Assembly: GCA_041480845.1 (NCBI GenBank)
Contig: JBGPAU010000001.1
Span: 5,382-69,381 of the forward strand
Direction of reading: 5' to 3'
From: Patescibacteria group bacterium
Lineage (GTDB): Bacteria; Patescibacteriota; Microgenomatia; UBA8517
DNA length: 64,000 bases
Each line of letters opens with the position of its first letter. The first letter of the stretch is position 1. The translations under genes were made by a program, and so were the position numbers. The notes beneath the pieces are model-generated. The model was given only the letters and a program-made list of their open reading frames with translations, ran no database searches and was not told the DNA's origin. This document shows positions 7,861-19,000 of the stretch, in pieces.

Positions 7861-9602
7861 TGTTACCAACTACTTCTCCTTTAACAAATCTTGAAATTGC
7901 GGAACTGCTGCGCGATGTTGCAGCCGCTTACCGGTTTAAAGATCAAATGAGATATAAGTTCCAAATAATTGCCTATGAGCGGGCGGCGGATGCAGTAGAG
8001 CATGCTACGAGTGAGCTTAAGGACCTTTGGGATGATAAAAAGCTTGAGGAAGTGCCGGGAATCGGGCCCGGCATTGCCGAGCATCTTGATGAAATTTTCC
8101 GTACAGGAAAATCAAAACATTTTGAAAGTTTGATGAAAGGAATCCCTAAAGATGCATTTAAATTAATGGAACTTCCCGGAATAGGCATTAAAACTGCCAT
8201 GAAATTGATTAATGAGGGGTCTCGGAAAGAAGTAGAAGAAAAACTAAAAGAAGTTAAGGCAAAAGAAAAGAAGGCAAAAAGACACCTTTTGCCGTACGCT
8301 TCGCTTATCGCCTCAGAATTAATGGAGTATTTGCTGAAAAATAAGGCAGTAATGCGTGTGGACCCGCTAGGAAGCCTTAGACGCCAGGCATCAACCATAG
8401 GAGACATAGACCTTGCAGTGGCTACACGTAACCCTCTGGAAGTTTTGGAGTACTTTACAAAATATCCGAAATCCCAACAAACAATAGAGAAAGGAGAACA
8501 TACGGCGTCAATCCTTCTGCCGGGAGGTGTTCAGGTCGATCTGATGGCCCAACTGTCGGAATCTTATGGATCACTTCTTCAACATTTTACGGGGTCAAAG
8601 CATCACAATATTGCCCTGCGTGAATATGCCCTCAAAAAAGGATTGAGTTTATCGGAGTACGGAATAAAAGAACTAAAAAGGAGTGCATCACTTCGTGGGA
8701 AAAGTGAAAGACTAAAAGCGTTTTCTGATGAGAAAAAATTTTATAATTTTCTCGGTTTGGATTATATCGAGCCGGAACTTAGGGAAGATACGGGAGAAAT
8801 TGAAGCGGCTAAAGAGCACAGACTGCCAAGTTTAGTTGAGTTGAAAGATATAAAAAGTGATTTGCAGATCCATTCGAACTTTGATATAGAAACAAGCCAT
8901 GATTTAGGTGAGAGTAGTATGGAGGAAATAGTAAAAAAGGCAAATGAACTTAAATACGAATACATTGCGTTTACGGAACACAACCCTAGCCAACAGGGAC
9001 ATTCGGATACCCAAATTGTGGAGATTTTAAAAAAGAAGCGTGAAAAAGTAGATCAATTAAATTACTCACTAAAAAAGGATAGTAATAATGGAATACAAAA
9101 AGTGTTCAACAGCCTTGAAATTGACATAAAACCCGACGGGAGCCTTCCTATACCCGATTTAGGTCTGGATACACTCGACTTTGCATTGGTGTCAATTCAT
9201 TCGAGTTTTGAGCTTGAACGCGATATTCAAACCAAAAGAGTTCTTTCAGCCTTATCTCATCCGAAAGTGAAAATATTTGCTCATCCTACCGGGCGAAAAT
9301 TGAACGAAAGGGAAGGTGCGGAACTGAATTGGCCGGAAATTTTTGAATTTTGCCTGAAAAATAATAAGTTGATCGAAATTAATTGCGATCCTATGCGTCT
9401 TGATCTTCCGGACACGCTTGTCCGCGAAGCCGTGAAACTTGGTGTAAAATTATCCTTTGGGACGGACGCACACCATGTTGACGGAATGAATAATATGATT
9501 TTTGGAGTTTCCGTTGCCCGTCGCGGGTGGGCAACAAAGAATGATATAATCAATACTCGAACTCTTAATGAGTTCGAGATGTTTTTGAAAGAAGGTGAAT
9601 AA
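7857..9602 (+). CDS. polX: Family X DNA polymerase (Pol beta-like) with C-terminal PHP phosphoesterase domain (PolX).
   Basis: HhH motifs (VPGIGPGIAEHL, LPGIGIKTAMKL), nucleotidyltransferase GDIDLAV, and PHP motifs (HSNFD..., FTEHNP, GTDAHH). Confidence 0.8.
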   Translation: MMLPTTSPLTNLEIAELLRDVAAAYRFKDQMRYKFQIIAYERAADAVEHATSELKDLWDDKKLEEVPGIGPGIAEHLDEIFRTGKSKHFESLMKGIPKDAFKLMELPGIGIKTAMKLINEGSRKEVEEKLKEVKAKEKKAKRHLLPYASLIASELMEYLLKNKAVMRVDPLGSLRRQASTIGDIDLAVATRNPLEVLEYFTKYPKSQQTIEKGEHTASILLPGGVQVDLMAQLSESYGSLLQHFTGSKHHNIALREYALKKGLSLSEYGIKELKRSASLRGKSERLKAFSDEKKFYNFLGLDYIEPELREDTGEIEAAKEHRLPSLVELKDIKSDLQIHSNFDIETSHDLGESSMEEIVKKANELKYEYIAFTEHNPSQQGHSDTQIVEILKKKREKVDQLNYSLKKDSNNGIQKVFNSLEIDIKPDGSLPIPDLGLDTLDFALVSIHSSFELERDIQTKRVLSALSHPKVKIFAHPTGRKLNEREGAELNWPEIFEFCLKNNKLIEINCDPMRLDLPDTLVREAVKLGVKLSFGTDAHHVDGMNNMIFGVSVARRGWATKNDIINTRTLNEFEMFLKEGE

Positions 9603-9605
9603 ATA

Positions 9606-10187
9606 ATGCCATATATTTTGTTAGTTATTGTTGCAATCTTAGTTCTTTGGATTATTTCTATTTATAATTTTTTTGTTTCCAGTAAAACAAGGGTTGGTGC
9701 GTCAATTCAGGAGATAGGTAACCAACTAAAGCGCCAGGCAGAGCTTATTCCGAATTTGGAGGCTTCGGCAAAAGGGTATCTTGCTCACGAAAAAGGTATA
9801 TTTAACGAACTTACGGCTGCAAGAAAAGCAATATCTTCGGCGGTAGATTCGGGAAATTTGAAGAAAATGGCCGATGCGGGCAAAATGTTGTCCGATGTTC
9901 TACCTAAAATTCAGGTAGTCGTTGAAAGCAATCCCGAAATAAAAGGAAGTGAGGTTGTTAAGAACTTAATGGATGAACTAAGAGACACCTCAGACAAAGT
10001 GATGTACGCCAGACGGCTTTTGATCGACTTAACAGCCGACTACAATGTCAGATTGGTTTCTTTTCCGAGTAGTGTGATCGCAGGGATATTTCATTTTGAA
10101 AAACTCAAAGGTTTTGAAACTCCTATGGAGGCAGATGAGTTGAAGGTTACCGGTGAGGAGATGAAAACACCTAAAATTAATCTGTGA
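9606..10187 (+). CDS. lemA: LemA family membrane protein.
   Basis: N-terminal TM plus the conserved LemA helix region (QLKRQAELIPNL...). Confidence 0.7.
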   Translation: MPYILLVIVAILVLWIISIYNFFVSSKTRVGASIQEIGNQLKRQAELIPNLEASAKGYLAHEKGIFNELTAARKAISSAVDSGNLKKMADAGKMLSDVLPKIQVVVESNPEIKGSEVVKNLMDELRDTSDKVMYARRLLIDLTADYNVRLVSFPSSVIAGIFHFEKLKGFETPMEADELKVTGEEMKTPKINL

Positions 10188-11113
10188 AGAATATTTACGA
10201 GGTGCAGTCGGCCAATAAGTTGAAAAGCGCAATTATAGTTGGGCTTTTTGTGGTCTTTGTATTTTTGGCCACTTATATTCTTACAAATGCTTACGGTTAC
10301 TATATGGGCTACCAACCGGGCGGACTTGGCTTTTTTGGAATTGCACTAATTGTTTCGGGAGTATCGAGTTTTATTAGTTATTATTATTCGGATAAAATTG
10401 TACTCGGAATATCAGGCGCAAGGCGGGCCAACCCCACGGAAGATAAACTTTTTACGCAAGTTATCGAAAATTTATGCATAGGGGCGGGTCTTTCCAAACC
10501 AGCCCTTTATGTGATTGATGATCCTTCTCCCAATGCCTTTGCCACGGGCCGCGATCCAAGTCATGCGGTAATCTGTGCAACGACCGGTCTTTTATCAAAA
10601 CTTGACAGAAGTGAGATGGAGGGAGTCTTTGCTCACGAATTAACTCATATTAAAAGTTACGATACGCGTCTTATGGCGGTAGTTGCCGTAATGGTGGGGC
10701 TTATAGCGCTTCTCGGGGATTGGTTTATGAGAAGTATGTGGTGGGGAGGTCGAAGGCGGAGCGACAATGAAGGAGAAGCGGCGACAATTTTTATTGTCCT
10801 AGGAATCATATTTGCAATACTTTCCCCTATTGTTGGCACCTTGATTCAGTTGGCGATTAGCAGACGCCGTGAATTTGTGGCTGATGCAGGGTCGGTGGCG
10901 ATTACGCGTCAACCCCAAGACTTAATTTCTGCCTTACAAAAAATTTCTGAAGATCCTGAAACACTCCGGAGCGCAAATAAAGCCACGGCTCACCTTTATA
11001 TAGAAAATCCTTTTAAAAAGAAAGGGCACGGAAAAGTCGGTTGGTTTTCTGGCATTTTTGATACCCATCCTCCTATCACTGAGAGAATTAAAGCTCTCAA
11101 AAGCATGGCTTAG
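10184..11113 (+). CDS. htpX: M48 zinc metalloprotease, HtpX-like.
   Basis: HExxH (FAHELTHI), TM helices flanking the catalytic domain, and a downstream E for the third ligand. Confidence 0.75.
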   Translation: MKNIYEVQSANKLKSAIIVGLFVVFVFLATYILTNAYGYYMGYQPGGLGFFGIALIVSGVSSFISYYYSDKIVLGISGARRANPTEDKLFTQVIENLCIGAGLSKPALYVIDDPSPNAFATGRDPSHAVICATTGLLSKLDRSEMEGVFAHELTHIKSYDTRLMAVVAVMVGLIALLGDWFMRSMWWGGRRRSDNEGEAATIFIVLGIIFAILSPIVGTLIQLAISRRREFVADAGSVAITRQPQDLISALQKISEDPETLRSANKATAHLYIENPFKKKGHGKVGWFSGIFDTHPPITERIKALKSMA

Positions 11114-11155
11114 CTTCTTGTGAAAATTCCTTTTTGGAATTATCATTACTAAAGT

Positions 11156-11467
11156 ATGGCAAAGCTAACAAAAGCAGACATTCTTCATGTCGCCAGTCTC
11201 GCGAAGATCGAAATAAGTGATGCAGAAGTAGAAAAATATTCTGAACAACTTTCCAAAGTGGTAGATTATTTTAGTGCCCTCTCGGAAGTAGATACGAAGA
11301 ATATTGAACCCACCAACCAAACCACAGGCCTGGAAAATGTTTTTAGACCGGATGAGGTAGCCGCGGAAAATTGTTTAACTCAGGATGCGGCAATTTCCGG
11401 AACCGACAATATCCATAACGGATATTTTAAGGTCAAGGCTATTTTGACCGAAAGGACGGACAAATAA
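11156..11467 (+). CDS. gatC: Asp/Glu-tRNA amidotransferase subunit C.
   Basis: Typical GatC N-terminus (VxHVAxLAKIxL...E) and genomic context with gatA. Confidence 0.8.
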   Translation: MAKLTKADILHVASLAKIEISDAEVEKYSEQLSKVVDYFSALSEVDTKNIEPTNQTTGLENVFRPDEVAAENCLTQDAAISGTDNIHNGYFKVKAILTERTDK

Positions 11468-12862
11468 ATGGACACTCCTCTTACCATCAAGAAAACAAGA
11501 GAAGGACTTTTGAAAAAGAAATATTCGGCGGTTGAGCTGGTGGATGAATATTTAAGCAGAATCAATAAACATAAAAATCTAAATGCCTTTTTAACGTTAT
11601 CAGATGAAGTTGCATATTCAGAGGCCAAGGAAATTGATAAGCTAGTCGGAGTTGGAATAGCCACGAATCAGTATCCTTTGCTCGGTTCGACGGTTGCACA
11701 TAAAGATCTTTTTCTAACGAAGGGGATAAGAACAACAGCCGGTTCAAAAGTTTTGGAATCTTATGTTCCAGAATACTCCGCAACTGTTGTCGAAAGAGAA
11801 AAAAGGGGTGGGGCTATTGCGATTGGTAAAACCAATTGTGATGCCTGGGCGCATGGGGCTAGCGGTGAAAACTCTGATTTCGGGCCAACTCTAAACCCGT
11901 GGAATAAAGGATTTGTTCCCGGAGGTTCTTCAAGCGGTTCTGCAGCGGCCGTTGCTGCGGGCTTGAGTTTGGTAGCAACAGGGACCGACACGGGCGGGTC
12001 GATACGACAGCCGGCGAATTTTTGCGGGGTTGTCGGACTTAAGCCTACTTATGGCGCAGTTTCGAGATATGGGGTAATAGCAATGGCCTCGTCGCTTGAC
12101 AGTATCGGCTGTTTTGGAATGACAGTCGAAGATGTCGAAATAATTTTCAATATTACAAAAGGTGAAGACGGTTTTGATTCAACAGTAAAGAATGTTGAAA
12201 GTGTGAAACCAAAGTCAAAACTGAAAATTGGAATTCCCAAAGAATACTTCAGCAAGGGACTCGATAAAGAAGTTGAAAAATCCATATTTGAGGCAATCAA
12301 TGTTCTGGAGAAAGCGGGCGTTGAGTTTATTGATATTTCTCTTCCAAATACAAAACACGCAATATCTGTTTACTATATTATTCAGCCTGCCGAAGTTTCT
12401 TCCAATTTGGGAAGGTATGACGGAATAAGGTTTGGAGGCGGCAGAAGCACATTCGGAGCCGAAGCAAAACGAAGGATTATGCTTGGGACTTACGTTCTTT
12501 CGGCCGGATATTACGACGCATATTATCTTAAAGCACAAAAAGTCAGATCAAAAATGATAAATGATTTTGACAATGTTTTTGGCAAAGTTGACGCGCTTAT
12601 TACACCGGTATCCCCAACTGCCGCGTTTAGGATTGGGGAGAAAAAGGAAGATCCGTTACAAATGTATTTAGCCGATATTTATACAGCCAGTGCAAATTTG
12701 GCAGGGATTCCCGGGTTGGCAATTCCCTCCGGGTTTAACAAAATTGGTTTACCTCTGGGGTTCCAATTAATGGGACCAAGATTTTCTGAAAATACACTTT
12801 TTGAACTTGGAAAACTTTACCACCATGTGGTTGGTTACCAGCCTAAAGTAGCATTGGAATAA
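11468..12862 (+). CDS. gatA: Asp/Glu-tRNA amidotransferase subunit A (amidase signature enzyme).
   Basis: Amidase signature GGSSSGSAAAVAAG...TDTGGSIRQPA. Confidence 0.9.
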   Translation: MDTPLTIKKTREGLLKKKYSAVELVDEYLSRINKHKNLNAFLTLSDEVAYSEAKEIDKLVGVGIATNQYPLLGSTVAHKDLFLTKGIRTTAGSKVLESYVPEYSATVVEREKRGGAIAIGKTNCDAWAHGASGENSDFGPTLNPWNKGFVPGGSSSGSAAAVAAGLSLVATGTDTGGSIRQPANFCGVVGLKPTYGAVSRYGVIAMASSLDSIGCFGMTVEDVEIIFNITKGEDGFDSTVKNVESVKPKSKLKIGIPKEYFSKGLDKEVEKSIFEAINVLEKAGVEFIDISLPNTKHAISVYYIIQPAEVSSNLGRYDGIRFGGGRSTFGAEAKRRIMLGTYVLSAGYYDAYYLKAQKVRSKMINDFDNVFGKVDALITPVSPTAAFRIGEKKEDPLQMYLADIYTASANLAGIPGLAIPSGFNKIGLPLGFQLMGPRFSENTLFELGKLYHHVVGYQPKVALE

Positions 12863-12863
12863 C

Positions 12864-14117
12864 ATGTTGCAGGAATTTAAACCGGTTTTAAAAAATAGAA
12901 ACTTTGTTTATTTGTGGACTTCGCAAATTACGTCCCAGTTGACGATAAACATCATGAATTTTGTTTTTCTTATTTGGCTCTTTGGTAAAACAGGTTCCGC
13001 CATTTCTACTTCATTTCTTTGGGTTGCTTACTCGCTCCCGGCTATTCTAGTCGGACCGTTTGCTTCCGCCACTGTGGATCTCGTCGACAGGCGGAAAATG
13101 CTTATTGCTACCAACCTGCTTCAGAGCTTGACCATTCTTTTTTATGCATTGGCTCACCCGGGAAATATTTTTGTGCTTTTTGAGGTAGTTTTTATTTACT
13201 CGCTTTTAAACCAATTTTATGTGCCGGCAGAAAGCGCCAGTTTACCTTCCCTTTTACCCAAGGATAGATTGCCCCAAGGCAATAGTCTCTTTTTACTCAC
13301 ACAGCAGGGATCTCTCGTTTTGGGTTTTGGTGTTGCAGGATTTATGCTTGCATTACTTGGTTTTGAAGACACCCTTTTACTTTGTTCGTTTTTACTTTTT
13401 GTGGCTTTTTTGAGTACCTTATTTCTTCCTAAACTTACAACAGGCAATGATGTTCCGCGGACATTCGAACTGGCCGTTACCGGATTTTTTGACAAAATTA
13501 TAGAGGGATATAAATTTATTAAAGGCGAACGCAAGGTTTTGGCACCATTTTTATTGTTAATAATTTTTCAGGTTTTGGTTCAGGTAGCGACAGTTGCAGT
13601 TCCTTCCATCGCCAGGGATCTTCTCAGATTATCCCTGAATACCGCGGGTATATTTATACTTGTGCCTGCCGGGATCGGTGCAATTTTAGGAATTCTCGTT
13701 CTACCCAGACTGATAGAAAGAGGCTGGCGCAAGAAAAAAGTCATAGAAAGATGCTTGATGCTTGTCGGTGTTTTTCTTTTCCTCTTCACTTTTATAATTC
13801 CGCTTCTGCCTTTCGTTTTGAGGGTTGTATCAACTTTTGTATCATTTGTAATACTGGGCATATCATTTGTGGGAGTAACCATTCCCTCGCAAACTTTCTT
13901 GCAGGAATCTACGCCTAAAGAACTAAGGGGAAGAGTTTTTGGCAATTACTGGTTTTTGGTTACGGTTGCCTCGGTTCTTCCTGTTATTTTCTCCGGTTCA
14001 ATTATTGAAGTTCTTGGAATAAGGATTTTACTTTTGATATTTTCACTTTTGGGAATTTTCGGGTTTCTATTGTCAAGAAGGTTTGGAGATAATTTTTTAA
14101 ATAATGGAACAACGTAA
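12864..14117 (+). CDS. MFS-type transporter, inserted between gatA and gatB.
   Basis: 12 predicted TM helices and MFS-like loop motifs. Confidence 0.55.
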   Translation: MLQEFKPVLKNRNFVYLWTSQITSQLTINIMNFVFLIWLFGKTGSAISTSFLWVAYSLPAILVGPFASATVDLVDRRKMLIATNLLQSLTILFYALAHPGNIFVLFEVVFIYSLLNQFYVPAESASLPSLLPKDRLPQGNSLFLLTQQGSLVLGFGVAGFMLALLGFEDTLLLCSFLLFVAFLSTLFLPKLTTGNDVPRTFELAVTGFFDKIIEGYKFIKGERKVLAPFLLLIIFQVLVQVATVAVPSIARDLLRLSLNTAGIFILVPAGIGAILGILVLPRLIERGWRKKKVIERCLMLVGVFLFLFTFIIPLLPFVLRVVSTFVSFVILGISFVGVTIPSQTFLQESTPKELRGRVFGNYWFLVTVASVLPVIFSGSIIEVLGIRILLLIFSLLGIFGFLLSRRFGDNFLNNGTT

Positions 14118-15411
14118 ATATATACCGGTTATAGGACTGGAGGTGCACATTGAGCTTTCCACAAAATCTAAACTTTTTTGTGGGTGCTCTGCGGATCATT
14201 TTGGGAAAAAGCCGAATACACAGGTTTGTCCCGTGTGTTTGGGACTTCCGGGGGCGCTTCCCTCTACAAACCGAGAGGCAGTGGAATCTGTAATAAAATT
14301 CGGATTGGCACTCGGATGCAAAATAAACAGTTTTTCAAAATTTGACCGGAAACATTACTTTTATCCCGATTTGCCGAAGGGTTATCAAATTTCCCAGTAC
14401 GACCTTCCAATTTGTGGAAGCGGAAAATTCCAAATTAATATCAGGAGAATTCATTTGGAAGAAGACACAGGAAAACTTGTTCACGAGAAGGTTGACGGGG
14501 TTAAATCGTCTTTAATTGATTTCAACAGGAGTTCTGTTCCTTTAATGGAAATGGTAACTGAGCCGGAATTTCATGATACTGAAAGTATTATTTCGTTTCT
14601 CAAGGAAATTCAGCTAATCGCAAGATATTTGGAAATCAGCAATGCCGATATGGAGAAAGGCAGCATGAGACTGGAGGCAAACATCTCGCTTTCGGCTGAC
14701 GGGACGCTTCCTAATTACAAAGTGGAGCTTAAGAATATTAACTCTTTCAGATTTTTGGGAAAAGCAATAAAGGCGGAAATAGTCAGGCAGGAAGAAATTC
14801 TTATTAAAGGCGGGAAAATTGATCTGGAAACACGGGGTTATGACGAAGTGAAGCAAGTAACGTTCCTGCAAAGAAGTAAAGAGGAAGCCCATGATTACCG
14901 CTATTTTCCGGAACCGGATTTGCCTCCAATAAAATTGGAACAATTAACAATTAACAATTTACAATTAACAATTCCGGAATTGCCTAAGAAAAAAAGAGAC
15001 AGATTTGAAAAAGATTTTGTGTTGCCCAAAGATTTTGCGGAAATTTTAGTTTCGGATAAAAACCGTGCAGATTATTTCGAAGAAGTTATCAAACTTGGAA
15101 GCGGGAAGGCATTTTCGGCAAAAACTGTTGCTGACCTCATGATTAATAAAAGACTTGATTCAGGGTTTCCCGAGCCGGCAGGTTTTGTCAGAAAGATATT
15201 AGAAATGACCTCTGTTGAGTATGCATCCCAACAGGGAACAGAAATTGCTATTATTGAGGTTATGGCGGAGAATCAGAAGGCCGTAAGTGATTATAAAAAC
15301 GGCAAGGGAGAAGTTGTTGGTTTTCTTATCGGAATGGTACAGAAAAAGTTGAAAGGCAAAGGGAACCCCGGAATTATTCGTGAATCAGTTTTAAAATATT
15401 TACAAAAATGA
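14104..15411 (+). CDS. gatB: Asp/Glu-tRNA amidotransferase subunit B (short form).
   Basis: GatB N-terminus with Zn-binding Cys (LEVHIELST...FCGC...[12 protein letters not shown]). Carries an in-frame heptamer repeat insert in the C-terminal linker. Confidence 0.85.
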   Translation: MEQRKYIPVIGLEVHIELSTKSKLFCGCSADHFGKKPNTQVCPVCLGLPGALPSTNREAVESVIKFGLALGCKINSFSKFDRKHYFYPDLPKGYQISQYDLPICGSGKFQINIRRIHLEEDTGKLVHEKVDGVKSSLIDFNRSSVPLMEMVTEPEFHDTESIISFLKEIQLIARYLEISNADMEKGSMRLEANISLSADGTLPNYKVELKNINSFRFLGKAIKAEIVRQEEILIKGGKIDLETRGYDEVKQVTFLQRSKEEAHDYRYFPEPDLPPIKLEQLTINNLQLTIPELPKKKRDRFEKDFVLPKDFAEILVSDKNRADYFEEVIKLGSGKAFSAKTVADLMINKRLDSGFPEPAGFVRKILEMTSVEYASQQGTEIAIIEVMAENQKAVSDYKNGKGEVVGFLIGMVQKKLKGKGNPGIIRESVLKYLQK

Positions 15412-16052
15412 CAGATAAGGTTAAAGAAGATTTTCAATTCGAAGGCGCCAAAACCGCTCATGAAGACCTGGGGAATACCGATGAGGGGAGAAGAATTTTA
15501 TCTAGTGAAAAAGGAGCAACTATTCTTGATACCTATGAGCGCGAGGCAAAATTAAAATCCGAGAACATACGTGATGCGATGACCGGACTATTCAATTACG
15601 GGTATTTGATGAATGAGTTGGATGCCAAAACTAAAGAACATGATAATAAACTGGCACTAATTTGGGTTGATATGGATAATCTTAAAGTTACAAACGACTC
15701 GATTGGTCATGAAGCGGGTACCGATGTTGTCAAGGGGGTGGCAAGAGTGGTTGCAAACAAAATAAGGTCAAATGAAAACGGACTCGCAGCAAGATACGGC
15801 GGGGATGAGTTTGTAATTTTACTTCCGGGAAATATGAACGTTGAAAGCCTAAGACAAAGGGGAGAGGAAATTAGGAAAGCGGTGTTTGATGCAAAATTTA
15901 GAGCGGGTGGGACCAATGTTCATCAAACAGTTAGCATTGGCGTAGGTTTGTGGAATGGAGTCGAGACAGCCAAGCAATTTTTGGAAAGGGTTGACAAGGC
16001 CATGTATGAGGCTAAGAAAAAAGGCCGAAATCTTGTTGTAGAAGCAGAATAA
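15408..16052 (+). CDS. GGDEF-domain protein (putative diguanylate cyclase), with no sensor or TM domain.
   Basis: [12 protein letters not shown] active-site motif and GGDEF fold motifs ([22 protein letters not shown]). Confidence 0.75.
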   Translation: MTDKVKEDFQFEGAKTAHEDLGNTDEGRRILSSEKGATILDTYEREAKLKSENIRDAMTGLFNYGYLMNELDAKTKEHDNKLALIWVDMDNLKVTNDSIGHEAGTDVVKGVARVVANKIRSNENGLAARYGGDEFVILLPGNMNVESLRQRGEEIRKAVFDAKFRAGGTNVHQTVSIGVGLWNGVETAKQFLERVDKAMYEAKKKGRNLVVEAE

Positions 16053-19000
16053 TGTCAAAATTTGTTCATCTTCACGTTCACACGGAATACTCGCTTCTTG
16101 ATGGACTTTCAAATATAAAAAAACTCTTAAGTCACGTCAAAGAAAACGGGATGGATTCCGTCGCCATAACCGATCATGGGGTGATGTATGGCGAGATAGA
16201 ATTTTACAAGGAGGCTAAAAAGCAGGAAGTCAAACCTATTTTGGGGATGGAAGGCTATATTACGCAGGGATTATTGACGGATAGGCCGGGAAGGGGCGAA
16301 CTTCATAATTACCATTTAATACTTTTGGCAAAAGATAATGAAGGCTACCAGAATTTAATGAAGCTCACCTCAATTGCGCATCTCATGGGGTATTATTACA
16401 AGCCAAGGTTTGATAGAGAAACTCTGCAAAAATATTCAAAAGGTCTAATCTGCACATCGGCCTGCCCACTGGGAGAGGTCGGTCAGGCAATATTAGATAA
16501 TGAACCTGCGAAAGCAAAGAAAATTGTCGAGTGGTACCTTGATGTTTTCGGTAAAGACTACTTCCTGGAAATTCAAAGACATGAATTTGGCAGCTGGGTT
16601 GAAAAGGCCCAAAATCAGGAAATTAAGACTTCTCTAATCGAAATGGCCGAGAATGAAAAAAAGTGGAATCAGGGGATTTTAAAACTGAGCAGGGAAATGG
16701 GGGTGCCGGTAGTGGCAACAAACGATGCACATTATATAAAGTCTGTTGACGCTTTGGCACAGGATATTTTGGTTTGTGTTTCTACGGGTAAAGTTGTTAC
16801 TGATATCAAAAGGATGCGCTATATCGACGCGCAGACCTTCTATGTAAGAAGTCCAGAAGAAATGACAGGTCTTTTTTCTGACGTTCCCGATGCTTTGGAA
16901 AATACAGTTAAGATTGCAGATAAATGCAATGTTGAAATTACCCTGGGAAAGTGGTCTTTTCCCAAGTTTCCACTACCTGAAGGAGTAACGTCAAACGATC
17001 AACTTAAAACCCTTGCCAGAGAAAGTCTTAAAAAAGTGATTCCAAAACCCGATAAAGAAACTAGGCAACGCCTGGAGCATGAACTTGAAATTATTTGCAG
17101 CAAAGGCTACGCACCTTATTTTTTGATCGTCCGCGATTTAGCCAATTGGACGAATTCACGAGGAATTATCACTAATACAAGAGGTTCGGCTGCGGGGAGC
17201 TTGGTTTCTTATGTATTGGGGATTACAACCGTTAATCCCCTTAAATATTATTTACCTTTTGAACGTTTCTTAAATCCTTTTAGGCCAAGTCCCCCGGATA
17301 TTGACTTTGATGTGGCTGATGACCGGAGAGAGGAGATAATCGGTTATATTACGGAAAAATATGGTAGAGAAAAAGTGGCTCAGGTTTGCACTTTCGGTAG
17401 AATGTTGAGTAGGGCAGCAGTACGGGATGTTGCCAGGGTTTTGGGATATCCTTATTCTACCGGAGACAGGATTGCCAAAATAATCCCGCCTCCAAAACAG
17501 GGTTTCCCGATTACAATTCCAAACGCACTCGAAGAGGTGCTTGATCTTAGAAATCTTTATGACACGGACCCCGATACTAAAAAGGTTTTGGATTTGGCTA
17601 TTCAAATCGAAGGGAATGCCAGACATGTTTCGGTGCACGCCGCAGGTGTAGTTGTTGCTCCCAGCGCAATTACTGATTATTCTCCGGTGCAGAAGGAACC
17701 TTCAGGAGAAAAAATAATAACACAGTACGAAATGCATGCTTGCGAAGATGTCGGTCTCATTAAATTTGATATTCTCGGAATCAGAAATTTGTCCATTCTC
17801 GGTGCGGCTGTTGACATAGTCAAGACGCGTTTGGGAATTAATGTTGACCTTCATACAATTCCCCTTGATGACAAAAAAACTTTTGAGATGCTGGCCAAAG
17901 GAGAAACAATGGGAGTATTTCAATTTGCCAGCGGTGGAATGACAAAATATCTGACCGAACTAAAACCCACTCAAATTGAAGATTTGATGGTAATGGTTGC
18001 ACTTTATAGGCCGGGACCGATATCACAGATACCGGAATATATCAGAAGGAAACACAATCCCAAATTAATTAAATATTTGGATCCGAGAATGGAAAAGTTT
18101 TTAGGAAAATCGTTCGGGTTAATCGTTTATCAGGATGATTTGCTTTTTTGCGCCCTCGACCTTGCCGGCTATACTTGGGAGGAAGCAGATAAATTTAGAA
18201 AAGCTGTGGGTAAAAAAATTCCCGAAGAAATGGCAGCCCAGAAAGAGAAGTTTAAGAAAGGGATAGTGGCTAATGGGCAAACGGAGGAATTTGCCGAACA
18301 TCTTTGGGAACTTTTTGAGCCCTTCCAGTCATACGGGTTTAACAAAGCCCATGCCGCCTCATATGGGATGGTTGCTTATCAGACAGCTTATATGAAGGCA
18401 AATTATTCGGTTGAGTATATGACCGCACTTCTTACCGCCGAATCTGACGATAAAGATAAAGTGACAGCTGCAATAAATGAATGTGTCAGGATGAAGATAA
18501 AAGTTCTCCCGCCCGATATTAACGAGTCGGAAGTCGGTTTTACCATTGTTCCCGAACAGAATTCTTTGAACGGAAAAGGTATCAGGTTTGGTCTTTCTGC
18601 AATTAAGAATGTGGGCGAAGCGGCAATCGGGGCAATTCTTTCAGCCAGGGAGGGTAAAAAGTTTTTGTCCTTTGCTGATTTTTTGTCAAAAGTTGACGGC
18701 AGAAAAGTAAATAAGAAGGTTCTTGAAAGCTTAATTAAAGTTGGTGCAATGTCAGCATTTGGTTCACGGGCTGCACTTTTGGCTTCGGTAGACTCCATTC
18801 GCGAAAAAGTTACAAAACCAAAAGGGGATGATAACCAACAAGGACTTTTTGCTACGGGAGAAATTAAAAAGACCGAAGCTGCATCGGTAATTACAATTTC
18901 CAATGTTCAGGAGTTTTCGGACGATGAGCTCGAATCTTTAGAGCGTCAACTTTTGGGATTTTCCCTTTCCGCAAAGCCCATCTCGGAACTTATCGGCCCC

